This document shows, in pieces, positions 49,622 to 57,704 of a DNA stretch of 64,000 bases. The stretch's first letter is position 1, and the number at the start of each line of letters is the position of its first letter. A program made the position numbers and the translations under genes. The stretch spans positions 136,983-200,982 of the forward strand of contig JACPMK010000002.1 of assembly GCA_016186115.1 (NCBI GenBank). Direction: 5' to 3'. This DNA comes from Candidatus Wildermuthbacteria bacterium. Its GTDB lineage: Bacteria > Patescibacteriota > Minisyncoccia > Minisyncoccales > UBA10102. The notes below the pieces were generated by a model. The model saw only the letters and a program-made list of their open reading frames with translations, did not search any database and was not told the origin of the DNA.

Positions 49622-50114
49622 ATTCTTGATGCTGCCCAATAACTTCTTTAAGCTTCTGGACACCACGGTGAATGCGTACCGATATTGCATTTTCACTTTC
49701 CTGAAGAATCTCTGCGATCTCTTTGGGAGATAATTCGTCGATGTACCGCATAAGGATCACATCGCGATATTTCTCCTCAAGCTGAACCAAGTTTTGAACA
49801 ATACTTTTTGCGTCTATCACCCATCCGATTTTATCCCTGACATCCAGAGATGGATCATATCCTTTTTCCTGAAGCCTGTCAAGAGAGACGGTCTTTTTCT
49901 TGCGCGAATAGTCGATCACGAGGTTATTTGCCACGCGATATAAAAATGCACGGATATTTTTTATTTCTTTTCCGGCAATAATATAGCGCCAGGTGTGAAT
50001 GAATGTTTCTTGAACAAGATCATTGGCGAGCTCGCGATCAAACAAACGGAAATAACAATGCCGAAAGATTGCATTCGCATAGGTATCGTAAGCTTTGATA
50101 AATTCATCCCTCAT
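49599..50114 (-). CDS. ECF-type RNA polymerase sigma-70 family factor
   Basis: 171-aa ORF with region 2 (LVQETFIHTWRY) and region 4 (LSPKEIAEILQESENAISVRIHRG). Confidence 0.85.
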   Translation of the reverse strand: MRDEFIKAYDTYANAIFRHCYFRLFDRELANDLVQETFIHTWRYIIAGKEIKNIRAFLYRVANNLVIDYSRKKKTVSLDRLQEKGYDPSLDVRDKIGWVIDAKSIVQNLVQLEEKYRDVILMRYIDELSPKEIAEILQESENAISVRIHRGVQKLKEVIGQHQEYGLSKAL

Positions 50115-50161
50115 GGAAGATATAAGATGAGGTATATCTAAAAAAATAAGGAATATAAGTA

Positions 50162-50190
50162 AGAATACAAAGAATATAAATGCCTGTCAA
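50162..50190 (-). promoter_or_regulatory. sigma70-type promoter of the ECF sigma gene
   Basis: Minus strand reads TTGACA, 17 nt, TATTCT. It lies in an AT-rich region carrying AAGAATA-type repeats. Confidence 0.5.
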
Positions 50191-50232
50191 GAGATAAAAT
50201 TAAAAAAGTATTAATATATAAGATGAGCTATG

Positions 50233-50371
50233 TAAAAAATAAATCCCCCACCCTCCATCGAGAAAAATTCCATTAACTCACGTGAGCGCCGTAGCGCAAT
50301 GCCCGCAGGCATCACGCGCATCCAGCTCTCTTGAAATGCTAATAGGAATTCCTTCAGGAGAAGTAGGGGCT
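50233..50371 (-). ncRNA. candidate structured small RNA (unknown family) or structured ndk 3' UTR
   Basis: On the minus strand, the 5' segment CCCCUACUUCUCC can pair with the 3' segment GGAGGGUGGGGG, and UUUAUUUUUU follows directly. Inside is the hairpin GCGC-GUG-AUGCC(UGCG)GGCAU-U-GCGC, whose loop is UNCG-type. A promoter-like element sits just upstream. Confidence 0.3.
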
Positions 50372-50377
50372 ATTTTT

Positions 50378-50406
50378 ATCGTAGCGACGACAGAAGATTT
50401 TGTCAA
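50378..50406 (-). promoter_or_regulatory. promoter-like element upstream of the candidate sRNA
   Basis: Minus strand reads TTGACA, 17 nt, TACGAT. It begins 20 nt after the ndk stop. Confidence 0.4.
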
Positions 50407-50425
50407 ACTCTTCCGTATTCAGGGA

Positions 50426-51031
50426 TTACTCCAAAATGCCGTCGAGGTTCACATCGTAGAGAATTCTCTCTTGAATAAGCTTGTAATCCATAAGTTCGTT
50501 TTGGGAAAACCAATGCGCGATCTCCTTTCCGGCTTCTTCAACTGTTCCTGACGCGTGGATCAAATTTCGTACCGCGCGCTTATCCATGTCCGCCATCTGA
50601 TAAGAATCCAGCACAAAGTCGCCACGAATAGTTCCGACGTCCGAAGTTAAAGGTTCCGTTCCCCCGGTAAGTTTACGCACAATACTGACAACATGAGCTC
50701 CCTGCCAGACCATTGCAATGACCGGACCTGCTGTTAAGTATCTTTTCAAGCCGTCCAGCACTCTCTCCCCTACTTCCATGGGATTTTCTGAAGGCGGCAG
50801 TATTCCCTTTTTGCGATAGCTCTCAATTGCTTTTTCTCCTGCTTTCCTCGTCCAGTCCGGATCCAGAAGATAATGCTGCTCCACATGCTCTGCCGTGGGC
50901 ACAACTATCTTAATACCAGCCAATTTCAGCCCGATCCTCTCGTAGCGCTGAATAATTTCTCCGATAAGGCCCCGCTGAACCCCATCCGGCTTTATCAATA
51001 CGAGCGTTCTCTCTTCTTTGATATGTGGCAT
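50426..51031 (-). CDS. ndk: nucleoside diphosphate kinase (long form with insertion)
   Basis: 201-aa ORF with ERTLVLIKPDGVQRGLIGEII and the catalytic-His context NLIHASG. An insertion of about 50 aa follows HVEQHY. Confidence 0.85.
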   Translation of the reverse strand: MPHIKEERTLVLIKPDGVQRGLIGEIIQRYERIGLKLAGIKIVVPTAEHVEQHYLLDPDWTRKAGEKAIESYRKKGILPPSENPMEVGERVLDGLKRYLTAGPVIAMVWQGAHVVSIVRKLTGGTEPLTSDVGTIRGDFVLDSYQMADMDKRAVRNLIHASGTVEEAGKEIAHWFSQNELMDYKLIQERILYDVNLDGILE

Positions 51032-51040
51032 ACAATAAAA

Positions 51041-51952
51041 TTAATACTGGGTTTCTACAGCAAATGACGTTTTAGTACTTGTCACTACTATATCGCCATT
51101 TACATCTGTTCGCAAGACGGACACACCCCATGCGGCAAACCGGTCGAGCACTTCCTGATGAGGATGCCCGTATCGATTCTCTTTCCCCACTTGAATAATG
51201 GCGACCTTTGGGCTTACTTTCGCAATAAATGCTTCAGTGTTCGATGTCTTTGCGCCGTGATGCCCAACCTTAAGAATACTGGCAGAGATGACTTCTGATT
51301 TTTTTTCGACAAGTTCGTACTCCACCAATTGAGGAATATCAGCAGTAAAAAGAGTAGAGACCTCCCCATAAGTAAACTTCAGCACAAGAGAAAGCTCATT
51401 TGATGACCCATATGTATTTTTTGCCTCTTTCGATGGCCAGATAATCTCGCCATATGCATCGGGATCGCTGGACCATCGGATCGTTTGAGAATCCTTGGCT
51501 ATAAAAATAGCCGTGCCTTGTTCTTGCTCTTTTTCTATTGCGTGCCTCAACATCACAGCAAATCCAGAATTTTCTTTACTGTCGCTCCAAAGAATATTGT
51601 TTATTTGATACCGCGGGAAAAGCTCAATGATTCCCTCCGCATGATCTTTATCTGAATGAGTTGCAATCACCAAATCAATTGTTTTATTCCAAAAAGGAAT
51701 TTGCGAAGAGAGCTTGCTGAAGATTGAAGTATCAGGCCCACCGTCGATCAGAATCTGATGGCCTTGAGGGCTCTTAATCAAAATTGCATCTCCCTGGCCT
51801 ACGTCCAAAAAGGCCATCGAGAATCGATTCCCCCATAGAATTTCCTGCCACGTGCTAAAAACAAAGAAAAGCAACGCGCCCAAAATTCCCCAAACAATGA
51901 TCCGAAAAGCACTCATAAAAATCCAAAACCCCCGCTCCATGAACCCGTTCAT
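51041..51952 (-). CDS. ComEC/Rec2-related metallo-beta-lactamase domain protein (no channel domain)
   Basis: 303-aa ORF with an N-terminal transmembrane segment and the motifs DVGQGDAILI, HSDKDHAEG and VGHHGAKTS. Confidence 0.75.
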   Translation of the reverse strand: MNGFMERGFWIFMSAFRIIVWGILGALLFFVFSTWQEILWGNRFSMAFLDVGQGDAILIKSPQGHQILIDGGPDTSIFSKLSSQIPFWNKTIDLVIATHSDKDHAEGIIELFPRYQINNILWSDSKENSGFAVMLRHAIEKEQEQGTAIFIAKDSQTIRWSSDPDAYGEIIWPSKEAKNTYGSSNELSLVLKFTYGEVSTLFTADIPQLVEYELVEKKSEVISASILKVGHHGAKTSNTEAFIAKVSPKVAIIQVGKENRYGHPHQEVLDRFAAWGVSVLRTDVNGDIVVTSTKTSFAVETQY

Positions 51953-52001
51953 ATAAACGAGCTCAAAAGTGGGGGTTCTTAGATAAAATATTCCACCTCA
52001 C

Positions 52002-52163
52002 CTACTTTCCTTTAGGTAAAATCCTCATCATCTTTGTTCCGCACACCGGGCAGCTTCCTTTCAACGCCGGCCTTTTCTTTCCTCCTCTGGCATTGATTTC
52101 CGTACGCTGCTCATTCTTCATTTCTCTCTTTGCCTTGCACTTGACACAATAAGCTTCGGCCAT
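52002..52163 (-). CDS. small zinc-ribbon protein
   Basis: Manual translation gives MAEAYCVKCKAKREMKNEQRTEINARGGKKRPALKGSCPVCGTKMMRILPKGK (53 aa) with two CxxC pairs. It is below the ORF-track size cut-off. Confidence 0.65.
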   Translation of the reverse strand: MAEAYCVKCKAKREMKNEQRTEINARGGKKRPALKGSCPVCGTKMMRILPKGK

Positions 52164-52237
52164 GATGGATTGGTGTAATTAAATGGATAAAACGACCGTT
52201 AGCAAAGTATACTGCTTTTAAGCTGAAAAGTACAGTA

Positions 52238-52678
52238 TTACCCGAGTGTACTCTGTATCTTCCCATCCAACCCTAGCACCCTTCCTGCTCTTTTCATTCC
52301 AAGATACAGGAGGACGAAGAAATAAATCACATGTTCATCAATCAGCAAGGAATGATCTCCCACATAAGGCAACCGCAAAATAGGCAAATAGTACAGCATC
52401 ATCAACGCGGCGCCGGCTACTGCACTTGCCCTTACAAATAATCCCAAAATCAGCGATACTCCGATTACTGTTAATCCCCATTCATTGAGGAAATTCACAA
52501 TCGGAAGGATGTCAGCGCTTGCCAGCCAATGAAAAAACCCGGGAAATGTTTTTGCTCCGTTCAGATATCCCGCTGCGGTCCAGTTCGGATTTAAAATCTT
52601 GGTAATGCCAGCGTAAAAAAACAGCCAGCCCAAGGAAATGCGCAGGAGAAAAAGAATGGTGTTCTCTGAAAATTTCAT
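52238..52678 (-). CDS. DoxX family membrane protein
   Basis: 146-aa ORF with four hydrophobic helices and the LRISLGWLFFYAGITKI pattern. Confidence 0.75.
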   Translation of the reverse strand: MKFSENTILFLLRISLGWLFFYAGITKILNPNWTAAGYLNGAKTFPGFFHWLASADILPIVNFLNEWGLTVIGVSLILGLFVRASAVAGAALMMLYYLPILRLPYVGDHSLLIDEHVIYFFVLLYLGMKRAGRVLGLDGKIQSTLG

Positions 52679-52710
52679 ATAATTTTCTTTTAGTTTATTC
52701 GACCTTGAAA

Positions 52711-53472
52711 TTATGCTGCGAGCCAGCCGCCATCAACATAGATAGTGGCGCCAGTGACATAGCTTGCCTCTTCAGAAGCAAGAAACACAACCGCTGCGGA
52801 AACTTCCTCTGCCTTCCCTACTCTGCCCAACGGGATCTGTCTAAGCATTGCCTCCATTGCCGCTTGGGGTATTTGAGCCGCTTGCACCATGGGCGTGTCA
52901 ATAGCGCCGGGGCCGATCGCGTTGACGTGAATGCCAAAGGGAGCCCATTCGATGGCCAACGTCTCGGTCATGCCAATTATTCCTCCTTTCGAGGCCGTGT
53001 AATGCGCTCCTCCTGCAATACCTACGCCTACTTGTCCTGAAGCAACCGAAGCAATGTTAATGATACGTCCCCAGCCGTGCTTTTTCATCTCTTGCGCTGC
53101 TCTTTGGGCGCAAAAAAACTGGCCTTTTAAGTTAATTGCTAGCATTTTTTGCCATTCTTCTTCCGTAAGCTCGAGGGCTGGCTTTGGGAAATAAATCCCC
53201 GCATTATTTACCAAAATATCCAGCCGCCCCCACTGTTGCACGACCTCTCCAAATACCTGATCAATTTCCTGAACATGAGAAACATCCAAACGAAACGCAA
53301 GAGCATCGCCGCCCCGCTGTTTAATTTCTTTTACCACTTCCTCGCATTCCTCTTTTGAAATATCGGTTACTGCGACTTTTGCTCCTTGCTGCGCCAAGAT
53401 CAAAGCATGGGACTTTCCCATTCCTCTTCTCGCGCCAGTTACCAATGCAATTTTATTTTGCAGATCAAACAT
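52711..53472 (-). CDS. SDR family NAD(P)-dependent oxidoreductase (FabG/glucose dehydrogenase-like)
   Basis: 253-aa ORF with TGARRGMG, NNAG and YTASKGG (YxxxK). Confidence 0.85.
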   Translation of the reverse strand: MFDLQNKIALVTGARRGMGKSHALILAQQGAKVAVTDISKEECEEVVKEIKQRGGDALAFRLDVSHVQEIDQVFGEVVQQWGRLDILVNNAGIYFPKPALELTEEEWQKMLAINLKGQFFCAQRAAQEMKKHGWGRIINIASVASGQVGVGIAGGAHYTASKGGIIGMTETLAIEWAPFGIHVNAIGPGAIDTPMVQAAQIPQAAMEAMLRQIPLGRVGKAEEVSAAVVFLASEEASYVTGATIYVDGGWLAA

Positions 53473-53477
53473 AGATT

Positions 53478-53969
53478 TTACGCTTGGTCATTAGTGCTTC
53501 GACTTTTGAGACGAATATACCTCATATATAGTATAGCAGAGAATAAGAACAGTATGGTAGAGATCAGGGCCGAGCCAAGACAATAGATGCAATAGGCGTG
53601 CAAGACAAACTGCTGCAGAGATACGAATACAATCGAAAAAAGGAATCCAAAAGAGGTAAGGATTCCCATTGCGCGCATAAAAAAAATTGCTTTTGTATCG
53701 AGAAAGGCAAAACTTAAAAGGATCACTGCCGTATAGTAGCCCACTCCGACAAGAGAAAGGGGGATGCCAAAAATAATTGCATACTTACTCTGCAAAACCT
53801 CGTTGCATCCCTCAACAATGGTACATACGACTTCTGCGCCAAGGTAATGCTCGATCGTGAGATATAAAGAGTCGAGAAATCCCAAAAATCCCAATCCTAT
53901 AAAGATAAGGACGATTCTCCTAGGAATTTCTCTCGAGCTCCTGATTGAGGAGTTGTTTGAATTCATCAT
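53478..53969 (-). CDS. vitamin K epoxide reductase (VKOR) family protein
   Basis: 163-aa polytopic ORF with a loop Cys pair (VCTIVEGC) and an active-site CIYC in the last helix. Confidence 0.75.
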   Translation of the reverse strand: MMNSNNSSIRSSREIPRRIVLIFIGLGFLGFLDSLYLTIEHYLGAEVVCTIVEGCNEVLQSKYAIIFGIPLSLVGVGYYTAVILLSFAFLDTKAIFFMRAMGILTSFGFLFSIVFVSLQQFVLHAYCIYCLGSALISTILFLFSAILYMRYIRLKSRSTNDQA

Positions 53970-54579
53970 AGCTGCCGGGATTTTCGATCTTTTTGCCGTT
54001 CAAATAGAAGTTTGGCGTACCATTGACTCCTGATTTTACTCCCCCTTGAAAATCATTCTCAACTTTCGTTTTTACCGCGTCTGAATTCATATCCTGTGAG
54101 AAGCGCTCCTTATCGAGCCCAAGCGAAACCGCATACCCTACGAATATCTCCTCTGCCTTGTCATTCTTTGCCCATTCATTTTGATTTTGATAGAGCAAAT
54201 CGTGCATTTCCCAGAATCTTCCCTGCAGCGCCGCTGCTTCCGAGGCCTGCGCGGCAAGATCTGCTTGGGCATGAACGTTCCTCAAAGGAAAATGCCGGTA
54301 TATAAATGTCATACGATCTCCGTAGTCCTCCTCAAGCTGTTCCACGACAGGTTCGTAGAGCGCGCACGCTGGACACTGAAAATCGCCGTACTCGACGAGA
54401 ACAATCTTCGCATCTCTATTCCCCTTCGCGTGATCAGCCGAAGAAACCGCAGCGGCAAGATACGCTGACGAATTGCTATTTTTTGAAGGCGGAGCAAGAA
54501 GCAGTAATCCAACAACCCCTCCCGCAAGCAACACTCCTGCCACGCCCCAAATAAGTATATGTTTCATAACGAATGACAA
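53920..54579 (-). CDS. DsbA-like thioredoxin-fold thiol:disulfide oxidoreductase (membrane-anchored)
   Basis: 219-aa ORF with an N-terminal transmembrane or signal segment and GDFQCPAC. It overlaps the VKOR start by 50 nt. Confidence 0.8.
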   Translation of the reverse strand: MSFVMKHILIWGVAGVLLAGGVVGLLLLAPPSKNSNSSAYLAAAVSSADHAKGNRDAKIVLVEYGDFQCPACALYEPVVEQLEEDYGDRMTFIYRHFPLRNVHAQADLAAQASEAAALQGRFWEMHDLLYQNQNEWAKNDKAEEIFVGYAVSLGLDKERFSQDMNSDAVKTKVENDFQGGVKSGVNGTPNFYLNGKKIENPGSYDEFKQLLNQELERNS

Positions 54580-54616
54580 TTATATATCCTAGCCGATCTC
54601 GAAGGCATGCATTTAA

Positions 54617-54704
54617 GGAGACCCTTAGCAGCGCGACGGCGCGACCTGCCTGCCGGCAGGCAGGGAAAAGAGCAAATTTTCAGCAGAAAATTATGCGTGT
54701 CTCC
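54617..54704. other. 88-nt multi-hairpin structured element (orientation unresolved)
   Basis: The closing stem is GGAGAC (54617-22) paired with GTCTCC (54699-704). It encloses GCGC-GACG-GCGC, the perfect 20-bp palindrome CCTGCCTGCCGGCAGGCAGG (54645-64) and AATTTTC-AGCA-GAAAATT. Confidence 0.35.
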
Positions 54705-54733
54705 GAAAATGTATGCCAAGAGAGCGGATATTT

Positions 54734-55684
54734 TTATGGTACCTTTTTATGAAGATCACAGGCCTTGCCATTTGCTTTGTAATGCTCGTAGGCAGCCGTT
54801 GCAGCAACCGTACCCAATGCCGCGGCAGTAATATCCTGTTTGAAATTATTGAAATGATTAGTGGCGTCTCCCGCAGCGAAAATTCCCGGCACATTCGTTC
54901 TCATCATAGAATCTGTCTTCGTGTATCCTTTGCTGTCGATTTCCAAACCAAGTTGCTTTGCGAACGTTTGGTCTGGATCAAAGCCAATCTCGATGAATAA
55001 TCCATCGATGGCAAGTTCACGGGATTCTTTATAAGGACGGGAAAGTATAAGTGTTTCAAGTTTTTCCTTCCCCCTGATTTCTTTCACTTCTGTCTCCAAC
55101 AAAATCTCGACATGATCCCCAAGTTTTCTCATCTGTTCCAAGTTGAGGGGTTCGGCTCCAATCTCTTTCTCTTTCACGATAAAATAAATTTTCTTGGCGT
55201 ATGCGCTCAAAAAATTGATCCCCTTGACCGAAGAATCCCCTCCTCCCACCATTGCGACTATTTTATCTTTGTACAACGGCCCATCGCATGTCCAGCAATA
55301 ATGCACGCCCTTTCCGGTAAGCTCTTTTTCATTGGGAAGATTCAAATGGCGGCGCCGGGATCCTGTGGCAATAATAACCGTATTGGTATGAAAACTTCGC
55401 TCTTCGATCAGCACGCGGAAACACTCTCCTTCTTTTCGAATTTCTTTTACCCAGCCATCCCGGAATTCAACACCAACGCTTTGCGCCTGCTCCTTCATTT
55501 TTCTCATCAACTCATAGCCATCAATTCCGTTGAATCCCGGATAGTTCCAAATAGTTCCTGCTGTGGCTGTTTCTCCTCCAAATTCGCCTTCGATGAGGAA
55601 GGTACGAAGTTTATACCGCCCAGCATAAATTGCCGCAGACAATCCTGCGGCTCCCGATCCCACCACAATGAGGTCGTACTCCAT
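54734..55684 (-). CDS. trxB: thioredoxin-disulfide reductase
   Basis: 316-aa ORF with VVGSGAAGLSAAIYA, redox-active CWTCDG and GGGDSS. Confidence 0.9.
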   Translation of the reverse strand: MEYDLIVVGSGAAGLSAAIYAGRYKLRTFLIEGEFGGETATAGTIWNYPGFNGIDGYELMRKMKEQAQSVGVEFRDGWVKEIRKEGECFRVLIEERSFHTNTVIIATGSRRRHLNLPNEKELTGKGVHYCWTCDGPLYKDKIVAMVGGGDSSVKGINFLSAYAKKIYFIVKEKEIGAEPLNLEQMRKLGDHVEILLETEVKEIRGKEKLETLILSRPYKESRELAIDGLFIEIGFDPDQTFAKQLGLEIDSKGYTKTDSMMRTNVPGIFAAGDATNHFNNFKQDITAAALGTVAATAAYEHYKANGKACDLHKKVP

Positions 55685-55693
55685 ATCATTCTT

Positions 55694-55722
55694 ACTATAT
55701 CAGAGGAACTTTTTGCCTACAA
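55694..55722 (-). promoter_or_regulatory. possible promoter of trxB
   Basis: Minus strand reads TTGTAG, 17 nt, TATAGT. The -10 box ends 9 nt before the trxB ATG at 55684. Confidence 0.35.
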
Positions 55723-56064
55723 GGACACATGCACATCGGCAACCTCTTGAATGGTAATTTTGGAAGAAGGGGCTTGCCGGCTTGTAAAAATACCTTTCAA
55801 AAAGAACTGAAGCGTAGCTCCGAGGAAAAGCGAAAAAAGAAATATGAAAATGAAAAAAATCGGCCGATTCGAAAGCAATAGATCAAACGCGGCCTGAACG
55901 CTTGCCAAAAGCAAGAATGCCGGAAGATATAAAATCCATAAAAAATTGCCGAGAGAGCCGCTCTGCAAACCATCTGAAAAATAAAAGAAAAAAAAGGATA
56001 AGACGTACAGTCCCCCAAAAAGAGCGCCCCTGTGATATTTTTGCAAAAACTGAAGAAAAACCAT
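55717..56064 (-). CDS. hypothetical small membrane protein
   Basis: 115-aa ORF with three hydrophobic segments. I recognise no family. Confidence 0.5.
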   Translation of the reverse strand: MVFLQFLQKYHRGALFGGLYVLSFFFFYFSDGLQSGSLGNFLWILYLPAFLLLASVQAAFDLLLSNRPIFFIFIFLFSLFLGATLQFFLKGIFTSRQAPSSKITIQEVADVHVSL

Positions 56065-56072
56065 ACGTTGTT

Positions 56073-56792
56073 TTAAAAAATAACATCGGTGTAGAGTATC
56101 AAATGCTTCATTTCATGAATAATGCGACCGGGGACTTGCCATATCTTTCCTTCATCTGCTAAGACGAGACCAAGGGCATGTTTCTTACTTTCCCCAACGA
56201 CATAGAGAATCGATGCATCAACTCGATTGCAAAGAAATGGAATGGTTACCGTAATGCGGAGCGGATAATCATTTTTTTCCTTGGTTGCGTTGTAGCCAAC
56301 AACCCATCGGTCTTGACGACCAAATAAATTTTCAAACTTTTTTCGATCTTCTGGATAAGGCATGATCCCTGCAGTATGGCCATCTGGCCCCATTCCTTGG
56401 GTAATGAGAACTTTTCCAAAAGGATGCGCTCTCTTCCATGTTTTTAAAAACAGCTCAAAGCGATGCGCGAGTTCTTCAAGGGTCTCCTTATGTTCTACTC
56501 TCGTATCGATAAAATGAGCTCCCTTGTCTTGAGCTTTTTGACAAAAGGAGGTGGAGGCCAATTGCGCGAAATTATTTTCTTTTGGATCTATGCTATATCT
56601 TTCGTCTAATACTCCAACCGTAATTTTCTCGCTTAAAACATGAGCGCTTATCCCATTAACTAACTCCAGCGCCGATCCTCCAGAAAGGAGTAAGAGAATC
56701 GATTGATCTCCAAATCCCCCAAGCAACTCATTGAACTTTCCGACTGCGCTTTGGCGCGCCTCTTCTTTTGAATTGCATTGAACAATTTGCAT
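56073..56792 (-). CDS. pgl: 6-phosphogluconolactonase-like (NagB/RpiA/CoA-transferase-like fold)
   Basis: 239-aa ORF with LLLSGGSALEL, located downstream of zwf and gnd. Confidence 0.7.
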   Translation of the reverse strand: MQIVQCNSKEEARQSAVGKFNELLGGFGDQSILLLLSGGSALELVNGISAHVLSEKITVGVLDERYSIDPKENNFAQLASTSFCQKAQDKGAHFIDTRVEHKETLEELAHRFELFLKTWKRAHPFGKVLITQGMGPDGHTAGIMPYPEDRKKFENLFGRQDRWVVGYNATKEKNDYPLRITVTIPFLCNRVDASILYVVGESKKHALGLVLADEGKIWQVPGRIIHEMKHLILYTDVIF

Positions 56793-56794
56793 CT

Positions 56795-57694
56795 TTATTT
56801 TATTGCATGACCTCCAAATTGATTCCGCAACGCAGACAATACTCTGCCGGTATAGCTTGGCTTTTTCTTTGACTCAAGGCGAAATTCAAACGATTTCTTA
56901 ATAACGGGGACCGACACTCCCATTCTTTTCGCCGTTTTTACAGTCCACTCCCCTTCTCCTGTATGACTCACAGAACCAGAAACATTCGTCATTTCTTCTC
57001 CGAATACCCTCAAAGCATCCACAAGCCATTGCATGAGCCGGGATTCAATAATACTGCCATGATTGTATACATCCGCGATCTTTTCCAAATCTAACTGAAG
57101 GGATGATTTTTTAAGCACCGTGAAGCCCTCTGCGATTGCCTGCATCATGCCATACTCAATGCCATTGTGCACCATTTTCACAAAGTGTCCGGCGCCGGAT
57201 TTTCCTGCATATACATATCCATGAGGAACCGCAAGATCAGAAAAAAGCCCCTCGTATCGTTTGAAAATTTCTTTTTCTCCTCCGATCATAATGCAAGCTC
57301 CCCTCCTTGCACCTTCCATACCTCCGGAGGTCCCCACATCAAGAAAATGGATTCCCTTTCTCGCCAACATCTTCGCTCGTTTTATGGAATCCTCGTAAAA
57401 CGAATTCCCTCCATCGATCAGAACATCGCCCTTTTGCAAGTTTGACAAAAGATCTTGTAACGTATCGTCGATTGGCTTTCCCGCAGGGATCATGAGCCAA
57501 ATTAAACGAGGAGGCTGCAACGTTTGAACAAGCTCTTTGATGCTCGAAACTCCTCGCACTGACCCCGACCGTATCGCAGTAATTGCTTTCTGATCTTTAT
57601 CAAAAACAACTGCACTCCAACCCTTTTCTTTTAAATGCAGGACAATATTTTTGCCCATTTTCCCTAGCCCTACGAATCCAATAATTTTATTCAT
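56795..57694 (-). CDS. gnd: decarboxylating 6-phosphogluconate dehydrogenase (short, YqeC/GndA-like)
   Basis: 299-aa ORF with the Rossmann motif IGFVGLGKMGKNI and GAGHFVKMVHNGIEYG. Confidence 0.85.
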   Translation of the reverse strand: MNKIIGFVGLGKMGKNIVLHLKEKGWSAVVFDKDQKAITAIRSGSVRGVSSIKELVQTLQPPRLIWLMIPAGKPIDDTLQDLLSNLQKGDVLIDGGNSFYEDSIKRAKMLARKGIHFLDVGTSGGMEGARRGACIMIGGEKEIFKRYEGLFSDLAVPHGYVYAGKSGAGHFVKMVHNGIEYGMMQAIAEGFTVLKKSSLQLDLEKIADVYNHGSIIESRLMQWLVDALRVFGEEMTNVSGSVSHTGEGEWTVKTAKRMGVSVPVIKKSFEFRLESKKKPSYTGRVLSALRNQFGGHAIK

Positions 57695-57704
57695 AGCGGA
57701 CTGT

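Noticed and set aside
50233-50371. Identity of the candidate sRNA as SRP (4.5S) RNA or 6S RNA
   Set aside because: I could not find the conserved SRP domain IV motifs (GGAA tetraloop with flanking AGCA/GA loops) or a long 6S-like rod with a central bubble. I left it as an unknown family.
50282-50551. 89-aa plus-strand ORF spanning the ndk 3' end and the intergenic GC-rich block
   Set aside because: It overlaps ndk in antisense and has no ribosome-binding site or recognisable motif. The region is better explained as structured RNA.
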